Origin: Alphaproteobacteria bacterium
GTDB taxonomy: Bacteria > Pseudomonadota > Alphaproteobacteria > Rickettsiales > SXRF01
Direction: 5' to 3'
DNA length: 64,000 nt
NCBI GenBank assembly: GCA_039808985.1
Contig: JBDHUC010000004.1
Coordinates: forward strand, 26,050-90,049
The notes under the pieces were generated by a model, which worked only from the letters and a program-made list of their open reading frames with translations, had not been told where the DNA came from and ran no database searches. A program made the translations under genes and the position numbers. This document shows positions 37,221 through 45,312 of this stretch, piece by piece; within the stretch, counting starts at the first letter, position 1; each line of letters begins with the position of its first letter.

Positions 37221-38255
37221 ATGGCTGCATCACCTCCTAAAGACAATAAAGAAGACTTCCGTAAAATGGGTGGGCCGCAAAAAGCGGCAATGTTCCTTAT
37301 GGCTATCGGCGAAGAAAACGCAATCAAGCTTTTCGCATTGATGGATGATGACGAGATACGCGAAATATCCAACATAATGTCAACCCTGGGCCAGGTGAAT
37401 TCCGATGTAGTGGAACGCCTGTTCCATGATTTTGCCGATCAGGTTTCAGCGTCCGGCGCGCTGGTTGGCAACTACGATTCCACCGAGCGCCTGCTGGTAA
37501 AAGCGCTGGGTAAAAACCGCGTAGACGGCATCATGGAAGAAATACGCGGCCCGGCAGGCCGTACAACATGGGACAAGCTTGGCAATGTAAGCGAAGAAAT
37601 ACTTGCTAACTTCCTGAAGAATGAATACCCGCAGACCATTGCGGTAGTACTTTCCAAGATACGTCCCGAACATGCCGCAAGGGTTCTTATGAACCTGCCG
37701 GAGGAAATGACGGTGGAAGTTATCCTGCGTATGCTTTCCATGGAAACTGTGAAAAAAGATGTTATGGACGGTATCGAAAAAACCCTGCGCATGGAGTTCA
37801 TGAGCAACCTTGCCAAACGCCAGGCAACCGACAGCTTTGAAATGATAGCCGAAATATTCAATAACTTTGATCGCACAGCCGAGGGGAAATTCATGGGTAA
37901 GCTCGAAGAGCGCAATGCCGAATCGGCAGAGAAGGTTCGCGCCCTTATGTTTACCTTTGAAGACCTGCTCAAAATCAATGGCGCTGGCATACAGGTGCTT
38001 CTTCGCACAGTTGACAAAACCAAGCTGGGCACGGCTCTCAAAGGCGCTTCCGATAGCATAAAAGAATTGTTCCTGAGCAATATGTCGGAACGCGCCGGTA
38101 AAATTATGCGCGAGGAAATGGAAGGCATGGGGCCGGTCAGGATCAAGGATGTGGATGAAGCGCAGATGTATGTGGTGGGGGTTGCAAAAGATCTTGCTGG
38201 CAAAGGCGAGATAATGATATCGAGCGACAGCCCAGACGAGCAACTGGTATATTAA
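37221..38255 (+). CDS. fliG: flagellar motor switch protein FliG
   Basis: GPQKAAMFLMAIGEE...EIREIS and C-terminal FliG_C motifs (MFTFEDL, IQVLLR). Confidence 0.92.
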   Translation: MAASPPKDNKEDFRKMGGPQKAAMFLMAIGEENAIKLFALMDDDEIREISNIMSTLGQVNSDVVERLFHDFADQVSASGALVGNYDSTERLLVKALGKNRVDGIMEEIRGPAGRTTWDKLGNVSEEILANFLKNEYPQTIAVVLSKIRPEHAARVLMNLPEEMTVEVILRMLSMETVKKDVMDGIEKTLRMEFMSNLAKRQATDSFEMIAEIFNNFDRTAEGKFMGKLEERNAESAEKVRALMFTFEDLLKINGAGIQVLLRTVDKTKLGTALKGASDSIKELFLSNMSERAGKIMREEMEGMGPVRIKDVDEAQMYVVGVAKDLAGKGEIMISSDSPDEQLVY

Positions 38256-38264
38256 AGGCAGTTC

Positions 38265-39002
38265 ATGCAAATTTCACCGTTTACATTCAGGGAATTTGAT
38301 TCGGCAGCCCTTCCGGCCAGGGAGCAACGCAAAAAGCCGTTTACCACCCAGAAAAAAGAGGAGGAGCCGGAAGCCCCACCACCACCGCCCACCTTTAGCG
38401 AAGAGCAATTGCACGAGGCCGAGCGCGATGCTTATAAGCGCGGGTTTCTGGAAGGCACCAGGGAAGGCCACGCAACCGCGCAAGGTGAACATAGCGAGGT
38501 TCAACGCATATTGATGGAAGGGCTTGAAAGTTTTGTAAACAGCATATCCCCCATATTCGATCAGTACCGAAAGCATTGCCAGCAGATGCGTAAGGATATG
38601 CCGGTTCTTGCCCTTGCCATCGCCAAAAAAATTGCGAACGAGGCCCTTTCCGAACCAGCGCAATATATAGTTGATGAGGCCGCGAAACAATGCGCCGAAG
38701 CCTTGATAAGCGAGCCGGAAATCACTGTGCTTATAAATCCGCGGCTGGCCGAAGCCCTTTCTTTCAAGCTCAGGCAGATGGGAGGGCGTGAAAAATACAC
38801 TGATAATATAACCATTATTCCCGAAGAAGCCATGCCGGTTAGCAACTACCGGATCGAATGGACAAACGGCAGCCTTGAGCGCTCCACCGAAAAACTCTGG
38901 CAACAAATGGATAAAGCTATTAACAATATGATAGCAGCAATTGTTGGTGAACCCGAAGAGCAGCTTGAGTTATTGAATCTGCAAAACATAGCAAAGGAGT
39001 AG
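38265..39002 (+). CDS. fliH: flagellar assembly protein FliH
   Basis: Position between fliG and fliN. The charged N-terminal coil (EEQLHEAERDAYKRGFLEGTREG) is typical of FliH. Confidence 0.65.
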   Translation: MQISPFTFREFDSAALPAREQRKKPFTTQKKEEEPEAPPPPPTFSEEQLHEAERDAYKRGFLEGTREGHATAQGEHSEVQRILMEGLESFVNSISPIFDQYRKHCQQMRKDMPVLALAIAKKIANEALSEPAQYIVDEAAKQCAEALISEPEITVLINPRLAEALSFKLRQMGGREKYTDNITIIPEEAMPVSNYRIEWTNGSLERSTEKLWQQMDKAINNMIAAIVGEPEEQLELLNLQNIAKE

Positions 39003-39008
39003 TTTTAC

Positions 39009-39299
39009 ATGGCTGATGAAATCACTGGTTTTGGCGAAAATGCCAATACCGATAATTTAAGTTTAGACACGGTTTATGATATTCCGGTTCAGATAACTGT
39101 GGTTCTTGGGCGCACCAGCATGCAGGTAAACCAGCTTTTAAAACTTGGCCGCGGCGCTGTTATAGAACTTAACCAGAAGGTCGGCGAGCCTATAGATATA
39201 TTCGTAAATAACCGCCTTGTCGCACGTGGCGAGGTTGTTGTAGTCGAGGACCGGATAGGCGTAACCATGACAGAAATTATAAAATCAGAGAAACACTAA
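39009..39299 (+). CDS. fliN: flagellar motor switch protein FliN
   Basis: SpoA/FliN C-terminal domain: IPVQITVVLGRTSMQVNQLLKLGRGAVIELNQKVGEPIDIFVNNRLVARGEVVVVEDRIGV. Confidence 0.9.
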   Translation: MADEITGFGENANTDNLSLDTVYDIPVQITVVLGRTSMQVNQLLKLGRGAVIELNQKVGEPIDIFVNNRLVARGEVVVVEDRIGVTMTEIIKSEKH

Positions 39300-39303
39300 G
39301 AAG

Positions 39304-39368
39304 GGACTAGGTCCTCGGTACTAGGTTCTAGATTACTAGCCCCTAGAACCCAGCCCCTAGAACCTGAG
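39304..39368. repeat. Heptamer-rich inverted-repeat hairpin (CTAGGTTCTAG / CTAGAACC type), fliN-flbD spacer
   Basis: GGGACTAGGTCCTCGGTACTAGGTTCTAG...CTAGCCCCTAGAACCCAGCCCCTAGAACC. A related fragment lies at 47441-47458. Confidence 0.7.
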
Positions 39369-39376
39369 GAGCAACA

Positions 39377-40714
39377 ATGCGACTACTAATAATCGGCGAA
39401 TTATACGGGCAGCTAGGCACCGCCAGCTCGATAGCCAAATCGCGTGGCGCCAGGGTTGCGCATGTAGCCGACATCGAGGGGGCGATGAATGCATTGCGTG
39501 GTGGCCAGGGTGCTGACCTAATAATGATAGAAGTACGTGAGGATATTGAGAAGTTAGTCAACTTACTAATGCGCGAACGCTTCAATTTAATGGTCATAGC
39601 CTGCGGCTTGGATACAGACAAGGACGCCGCTGTAAAAGCCATAAAATCTGGCGCAAAGGAGTATATTCCCCTTCCCCCTGACGAGGAGCTGATAGCTGCG
39701 GTGCTGGAGGCTATAACCGAGGAAATAAAAACCGTTGTGTTTGCCGATCCTGCCACCATGCGCACATTAGCGCTGGCCGATCAGATTGCGCCAAGCGATG
39801 CCAGCGTGCTTATAACCGGCGAATCAGGAACCGGAAAAGAAGTTATAGCCCGTTATATTCATCGCAAGAGCAAGCGTGCAGGCAACCAGATGATATGCGT
39901 AAACTGCGCAGCTATCCCAGAGGCTTTGCTTGAGGCCGAGCTTTTCGGCCATGAAAAAGGCGCGTTTACTGGCGCAGTTGCCCGGCGTATTGGGAAATTC
40001 GAGGAAGCAGATGGCGGCACGATACTGCTCGATGAGATAAGCGAGATGGACATGCGCCTGCAATCAAAATTGCTGCGGGTATTGCAGGAGCGAGAAGTAG
40101 ACCGTATCGGCGGCAGCAAACCGGTAAAGGTCAATATCCGTGTTCTGGCCACTTCAAATCGTAATATGCCTGAAGAAGTAAAAAAAGGCACATTCCGTGA
40201 GGATTTATATTTCCGCCTGAATGTTATAAGCCTGAACATGCCTCCACTGCGCGAGCGCAAGGAAGATATAAAACCACTGGCAGAGCATTTTATCGACAAA
40301 TATTCCAAGGCCAACGGAATACCAGTCAGAAAACTGACTGACGAAGCTCTTGGCAAGCTCAAAAGCTATAAATGGTCAGGAAATGTACGTGAGTTGGAAA
40401 ACACGATGCATCGCAGTGTGCTGCTTGCCAGCGGTAATGACATCGGGGCTGACGCAATTTACCTGAGCGGCGCACCGGAAGAAGTAAAGGCCGCACCTGT
40501 CGCTACCCAGCAGACACAGGGCACCAATCCGCTGGTTGGCAGGTCCGTGGAAAGTGTAGAGCAGGAGCTTATAATCGACACCCTAAGCTATTGCCTGGGT
40601 AATCGCACCCACGCCGCCAATATACTCGGGATTTCGATCCGCACCCTGCGCAACAAGCTTAAAACCTATAGTGAGCAAGGGCTGAACATCCCTCCTGCCG
40701 TGGGGGAAGAATGA
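39377..40714 (+). CDS. flbD: sigma-54-dependent flagellar transcriptional activator FlbD-like, with a degenerate receiver domain
   Basis: AAA+ sigma-54 interaction domain (GESGTGKE, GAFTGA, ELENT) and a Fis-type HTH. The receiver-like N-terminus lacks the acidic pocket. Confidence 0.7.
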   Translation: MRLLIIGELYGQLGTASSIAKSRGARVAHVADIEGAMNALRGGQGADLIMIEVREDIEKLVNLLMRERFNLMVIACGLDTDKDAAVKAIKSGAKEYIPLPPDEELIAAVLEAITEEIKTVVFADPATMRTLALADQIAPSDASVLITGESGTGKEVIARYIHRKSKRAGNQMICVNCAAIPEALLEAELFGHEKGAFTGAVARRIGKFEEADGGTILLDEISEMDMRLQSKLLRVLQEREVDRIGGSKPVKVNIRVLATSNRNMPEEVKKGTFREDLYFRLNVISLNMPPLRERKEDIKPLAEHFIDKYSKANGIPVRKLTDEALGKLKSYKWSGNVRELENTMHRSVLLASGNDIGADAIYLSGAPEEVKAAPVATQQTQGTNPLVGRSVESVEQELIIDTLSYCLGNRTHAANILGISIRTLRNKLKTYSEQGLNIPPAVGEE

Positions 40715-40722
40715 TTATAGCT

Positions 40723-40800
40723 CAGGATTCGGGATTCAGAATTCAGGAAGTAAGGGAGTTTTCCTTTCCCCTGACCTCTGAATCCCGAATCCTGACCCCT
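40723..40800. repeat. GATTCAG/GAATCCTGA heptamer-rich hairpin without cargo, downstream of flbD
   Basis: CAGGATTCGGGATTCAGAATTCAGG...CCTGACCTCTGAATCCCGAATCCTGACCCCTG. The arms match the inverted repeats at 62106-62138 and 62529-62553. Confidence 0.8.
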
Positions 40801-40842
40801 GTTTCGCGGAGCGAAACCAATGCCTGAGGCCACCGCAACAGC

Positions 40843-41216
40843 TTTAACTTGTCACCCCGCCGAATGGCGGGGTCTGGGACCAATATGAAAGAATATAATT
40901 ATTATGTTTATATTATGGCAAAAGAGCGAAACAGCACATTTTATACTGGCGTGACTAATAATTTAATCCGCCGCGTTTATGAGCATAAAAATGACTTAGC
41001 CGATGGTTTTACTAAAAAATATGGGATAAAAACTTTGGTATATTACGAACATCATAGCAATATAAATTCAGCAATACACCGAGAAAAATTAATAAAAAAA
41101 TGGAAGCGTGAGTATAAACTCAATGCCATTGAACAACTGAATCCTGACTGGAATGATTTATATTTAGATTTAATAAGGCCAGACCCCGCTATTCGGCGGG
41201 GTTACATTCACGAAAT
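40843..41216. mobile_element. GIY-YIG cassette bounded by family-D hairpins and flanked by a 34-bp direct duplication
   Basis: GAGCGAAACCAATGCCTGAGGCCACCGCAACAGC occurs at 40809-40842 and 41217-41250. The terminal hairpins are CTTGTCACCCCGCCGAATGGCGGGGTCTGG and CCAGACCCCGCTATTCGGCGGGGTTACATTC. Confidence 0.75.
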
Positions 41217-41235
41217 GAGCGAAACCAATGCCTGA
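40885..41235 (+). CDS. GIY-YIG nuclease family protein (COG2827/YhbQ-like)
   Basis: YYVYIMAKERNSTFYTGVTNNLIRRVYEHKN...FTKKYGIKTLVYYE...REKLIKKW is the canonical small GIY-YIG pattern. The ATG at 40885 is preferred over the TTG at 40849. The 3' end overlaps the flhA start. Confidence 0.85.
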   Translation: MKEYNYYVYIMAKERNSTFYTGVTNNLIRRVYEHKNDLADGFTKKYGIKTLVYYEHHSNINSAIHREKLIKKWKREYKLNAIEQLNPDWNDLYLDLIRPDPAIRRGYIHEMSETNA

Positions 41236-43369
41236 GGCCACCGCAACAGCAGCGCCAGCGCAGATTGACTGGCTTGCCCGTGTAAATTCCCTATCACGGC
41301 GCAAGGATATTTATTTTGCGGTTGGCATCATAGCGATACTTGTGGTGTTGATACTTCCGCTGCCATCCTTCCTGCTTGATTTTTTCCTTGGAATTTCCAT
41401 CACCCTTTCAGTTATAATCCTTATGACGGTTCTGTTCGTGGAAAAGCCGCTGCATATGAGCTCCTTCCCCACAATATTGCTTATCGTCACCATGTTGAGG
41501 CTATCACTGAACATAGCTTCAACCCGCCTTATCCTCGCGCATGGGCATGAAGGCACGGCAGCAGCCGGACACGTGATACAGGCCTTTGGCGGCTTCGTAA
41601 TGGGCGGCTCTGTAGTAATCGGCGTTATAATTTTTGGCATACTAACCATCATCAATTTTGTGGTAATCACCAAAGGCTCTGGCCGCATTGCCGAAGTATC
41701 GGCGCGCTTTTCATTAGATGCGATGCCGGGCAAGCAGATGGCTATCGACGCTGACCTGTCAGCAGGCCTCATAACCGAGGAAATGGCCAAAATGCGGCGC
41801 AAGGAAATCGAAGATGAAAGTAATTTCTTCGGCTCGATGGACGGTGCAAGTAAGTTTGTGCGCGGCGATGCGATAGCAGGCCTCCTCATCACCTTTATCA
41901 ACTTTATTGCCGGGATTATTATTGGTGTTGCGCAAAAGGGCCTGCCATTTAATGAAGCGCTCAACCATTACACAGTACTGACTGTCGGCGATGGCCTGGT
42001 ATCACAGATACCAGCGCTAATAGTTTCCACTGCCGCCGGTATACTTGTCACCAAATCAGGTGTTGCCGGTTCAGCCGAAAAAGCGGTACTTGGCCAACTG
42101 AGCCGACACCCGGCAGCCCTTGGCATAACCAGCGTGTTCCTGCTTATGATGTCGGTTCTGCCGGGCATTCCTTTTGTGCCGTTTTTCCTGCTTTCCTGCA
42201 TAACCGGGTTTGGCAGCTATTATCTTTTTAATAACCCGCAGGCCATTAATCCGAAAACCGGCGAGGCCTATCCTTCAGGCACAGCTCCCAAACAAATAGA
42301 AGGCCCGGCAAAAGATGGGGAAGCGCCGAAAACCGAAGAACAGCCAGCCGATTTTTTACAGATTGATTCGTTGCGCCTTGAGCTTGGTTACGGCCTTCTG
42401 CCTCTTATAAACTACCAGAAAGGGCACCGCCTTACCGAGCAAATCAAGGCACTTCGCCGCCAGATGGCACGTGAGCTTGGCTTTATTATCCCTTCTGTAC
42501 GCATTCAGGATAATATGCAGTTACCGCCCAATACTTACGTGGTGAAGGTAAAGGAAATAGAAGCGGCGCGTGGCGACATCCGCCCGGAAATGTTGCTGGT
42601 AATGAACCCAAGCGGCGGGAAAATCACTCTGCCCGGCGAAGAAACAACTGAGCCCACCTTTGGCCTGCCAGCCATGTGGATAAACGAAAACCACCGCGAA
42701 GAAGCTTTGTTCCGCAATTTTACAGTGGTCGACCCGCCTACAATTATTACCACCCATCTGACCGAAGTAATTAAAGACAATATGGCCGAGCTGCTTTCCT
42801 ACGCGGAAACGCAGAAGCTGCTCGATGACCTTGGAAAAACCCAGCAGAAGCTCGTTTCCGAAACCATCCCATCGCAGATAAGCGTTGGCGGCGTGCAGCG
42901 CGTGCTGCAAAACCTCCTGCGTGAGCTGGTTTCCATCCGCGACCTGTCCACCATTATCGAGGCTATCGCCGAAGCCTCGCGCACCACCCAGAATATAAGC
43001 CTGATAAGCGAACATGTGCGCAGCCGCCTTGGCCGCCAGATAAGCCACAGCCAGACCACCGATGGCGGGTATATCCCCATAATCGCTATGTCGCCGGGCT
43101 GGGAACAAACCTTTATTGAAGCGCTTAGCGGCAATGCTGATGACCGCACACTGTCAATGGCCCCAAGCCGCATCCAGGAATTCATCAATAATGTACGTGC
43201 AAGCTTTGATAAATTCGCCATGCAGGGAGAAAGCCCGGTACTGCTAACCAGCCCGGTTATCCGCCCTTATGTGCGCTCGATAGTTGAGCGTTTCCGCCCC
43301 AGCACCGTTGTCATGTCGCAGAATGAAATCTATGCCAAGGCGCGGATAAAAACACTGGGGCAATTATGA
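41228..43369 (+). CDS. flhA: flagellar export apparatus protein FlhA
   Basis: FHIPEP family: FPTILLIVTMLRLSLNIASTRLIL, GRIAEVSARFSLDAMPGKQMAIDADL. 713 aa. Confidence 0.95.
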   Translation: MPEATATAAPAQIDWLARVNSLSRRKDIYFAVGIIAILVVLILPLPSFLLDFFLGISITLSVIILMTVLFVEKPLHMSSFPTILLIVTMLRLSLNIASTRLILAHGHEGTAAAGHVIQAFGGFVMGGSVVIGVIIFGILTIINFVVITKGSGRIAEVSARFSLDAMPGKQMAIDADLSAGLITEEMAKMRRKEIEDESNFFGSMDGASKFVRGDAIAGLLITFINFIAGIIIGVAQKGLPFNEALNHYTVLTVGDGLVSQIPALIVSTAAGILVTKSGVAGSAEKAVLGQLSRHPAALGITSVFLLMMSVLPGIPFVPFFLLSCITGFGSYYLFNNPQAINPKTGEAYPSGTAPKQIEGPAKDGEAPKTEEQPADFLQIDSLRLELGYGLLPLINYQKGHRLTEQIKALRRQMARELGFIIPSVRIQDNMQLPPNTYVVKVKEIEAARGDIRPEMLLVMNPSGGKITLPGEETTEPTFGLPAMWINENHREEALFRNFTVVDPPTIITTHLTEVIKDNMAELLSYAETQKLLDDLGKTQQKLVSETIPSQISVGGVQRVLQNLLRELVSIRDLSTIIEAIAEASRTTQNISLISEHVRSRLGRQISHSQTTDGGYIPIIAMSPGWEQTFIEALSGNADDRTLSMAPSRIQEFINNVRASFDKFAMQGESPVLLTSPVIRPYVRSIVERFRPSTVVMSQNEIYAKARIKTLGQL

Positions 43370-43378
43370 ACAAGCTAT

Positions 43379-43450
43379 CAGGATTCAGGATTCAGGATTC
43401 AGGGAATAATTCTTGCTGCCTGACCTCTGAATCCCGACCTCTGAACCCTG
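43379..43450. repeat. GATTCAG/GAATCCTGA heptamer-rich hairpin without cargo, flhA-flhF spacer
   Basis: CAGGATTCAGGATTCAGGATTCAGGG...CCTGACCTCTGAATCCCGACCTCTGAACCCTG. Confidence 0.8.
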
Positions 43451-43457
43451 AGGCGCT

Positions 43458-44486
43458 ATGCGCCTGAGAACCTTCACCGCCTCCGACATGCCCACCGCCA
43501 TGCAGATGGTACGTGACGCATTGGGCGACAATGCTATAATACTCGCAACCGACAGCAAGGGCGGCAGGCAGGTAACTCTAACCGCTGCGGTTGAACCAGA
43601 TGATGAATTCAAACTTTCTTCTCCCTCTCCCCTTGGGAGAGGACGGGGTGATGGCAATATACCCGAACCCAGGGCCCCTGCTCCCGAGCCACTGACCAAC
43701 GATATAAAATTTGAACTCCAGAACATACTGCGCTTCCATAATTTACCGGAAATATTCATAGCCAGGCTTTTGCAAAAAATCACTCCGGCTGATTTTTTAG
43801 ATGTCATTTCCAAAAGGCGCGGCTCTGAGGAATTATTCCGCCCGGCCCTGGAAAAGCTCCTTGCGCGCAATTTTGTTTTCGATCCGCTTCGTTTTTCTAC
43901 ACAAGACATGCGCATTATGCTGGTCGGCACACCCGGTATTGGAAAAACGCTGACCATCGCTAAACTTGCAACAAAACTGGCCATGGATAAACAGTCGGTA
44001 GCCGTTATAACAACCGATAACAGCCGCGCAGGCGGGGTCGAGCAATTACAGGCTTTCACCTCGATACTTGGCATTGAATTACAAACAGCGAACACGCGCA
44101 GCGAACTTGAAAAAATATTAAAACAGCTTCAGCCGCGCACCCGTGTGCTTATTGATACTGCTGGCTGCTCACCATACGATGAGTCAGGGCTTGCCGAGCT
44201 TAAATCTATTGCAACCATCGAAAATATTGAGCCGGTCATGGTGCTCCAAGCCGGTGGCGACAGCATGGAAGCGATAGATACGGTAGAAATTTTTGGCACG
44301 CTGCCAATACGCCGCCTGCTGGTCACAAGGGCCGATACAACCCGCCGTTTCGGAGGGGTGCTGGCCGCTTCAATCGCACACGGTCTGGGCTTTTGCAATA
44401 TAAGCCGTTCGTCAAGCATAACCGATTCGCTACAGATGCTGGAACCACAGATGCTTGCGCACATGTTGCTAAAATATAAGGATTAG
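43458..44486 (+). CDS. flhF: flagellar biosynthesis GTPase FlhF
   Basis: SRP-type GTPase motifs (LVGTPGIGKTLTIAKLA, DTAG, TRAD) downstream of flhA. Confidence 0.85.
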   Translation: MRLRTFTASDMPTAMQMVRDALGDNAIILATDSKGGRQVTLTAAVEPDDEFKLSSPSPLGRGRGDGNIPEPRAPAPEPLTNDIKFELQNILRFHNLPEIFIARLLQKITPADFLDVISKRRGSEELFRPALEKLLARNFVFDPLRFSTQDMRIMLVGTPGIGKTLTIAKLATKLAMDKQSVAVITTDNSRAGGVEQLQAFTSILGIELQTANTRSELEKILKQLQPRTRVLIDTAGCSPYDESGLAELKSIATIENIEPVMVLQAGGDSMEAIDTVEIFGTLPIRRLLVTRADTTRRFGGVLAASIAHGLGFCNISRSSSITDSLQMLEPQMLAHMLLKYKD

Positions 44487-44519
44487 TGTATGAAAACCCA
44501 GATTAAGAGATAAAATTTT

Positions 44520-45284
44520 ATGATGAACGCAAGCAACGAAACAAGGCAGAACCTGATAGCAGTGGCATCTGGCAAAGGCGGTGTGGGAAAAACATGGCTT
44601 TCAGTTACCCTTGCGCATTTATTCGCACGCTCAGGGCGCAGCGTCCTGCTGTTTGACGGCGATATAGGCCTTGCCAATGTCGATGTCCAGCTCGGCATCA
44701 CCCCCCAGCGTGATCTTGGCAGCGTTCTTTCAGGGCGCAGCACACTTAAGGATGCCATAACTCACTATGAAGAAGGCGGGTTCGACATAATAGCCGGGCG
44801 TTCAGGCTCAGCCTCCCTGGCAACCATGCCTGTCGATAAGCTGGAAAAAATTGTAGATGCCCTGCGCACTTTGCAAAATGATTATGATTTTGTGATGATA
44901 GATCTGGGCGCTGGCATCGAGCAGCATGTACAGTATCTGGCTTCTGTTTCCTCGCGCTGCCTGGTAGTAGTTACCGATGAACCTACCTCCCTTACTGATG
45001 CCTATGCCTTCATAAAAATAGCGCAATCCAGCAAGCCGACCCCAGATATAGGGATAGTGATAAACCAGGCGGCAACGCAGAAGGAAGGCGAAGCTACATT
45101 TCAGGCAATAAGCAAGGCCTGCTCCAATTTCCTTGGCATTTCCCCACCGCTTATGGGCGTTATCCGCCGCGACAACAAAGTAAAAGATACAATCCGCAAC
45201 CAGAAATCGATCCTGCTTAAAGCCCCGCATTCAACCGCAGCAAGTGATGCGGCGTTAATTTCGATAAAACTTATGCAGAAATAG
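44520..45284 (+). CDS. flhG: MinD/ParA-type ATPase FlhG (FleN/MotR)
   Basis: Deviant Walker A VASGKGGVGKTW. Position immediately after flhF. Confidence 0.8.
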   Translation: MMNASNETRQNLIAVASGKGGVGKTWLSVTLAHLFARSGRSVLLFDGDIGLANVDVQLGITPQRDLGSVLSGRSTLKDAITHYEEGGFDIIAGRSGSASLATMPVDKLEKIVDALRTLQNDYDFVMIDLGAGIEQHVQYLASVSSRCLVVVTDEPTSLTDAYAFIKIAQSSKPTPDIGIVINQAATQKEGEATFQAISKACSNFLGISPPLMGVIRRDNKVKDTIRNQKSILLKAPHSTAASDAALISIKLMQK

Positions 45285-45312
45285 CTGGCAACATATAACT
45301 GGCAATCAAACC

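Noticed and set aside
40849-40884. TTG start at 40849 for the GIY-YIG ORF
   Set aside because: The extra 12 codons are encoded by the family-D hairpin. The family-typical N-terminus (MKEYNYYVYIM) begins at the ATG at 40885.
39304-43450. Heptamer-rich repeats as a possible CRISPR array
   Set aside because: They are single imperfect inverted repeats (hairpins) of degenerate heptamers. There is no regular direct-repeat/spacer periodicity and there are no cas genes in the window.
43617-43655. Short palindrome CTCCCTCTCCCCTTGGGAGAGGACGGGGTGATGG inside flhF (encoding SPSPLGRGRGDG) as another in-frame repeat element
   Set aside because: Only one copy exists in this window, so repetitiveness cannot be shown here. 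It lies in the naturally variable N-terminal region of FlhF. A genome-wide search would be needed.
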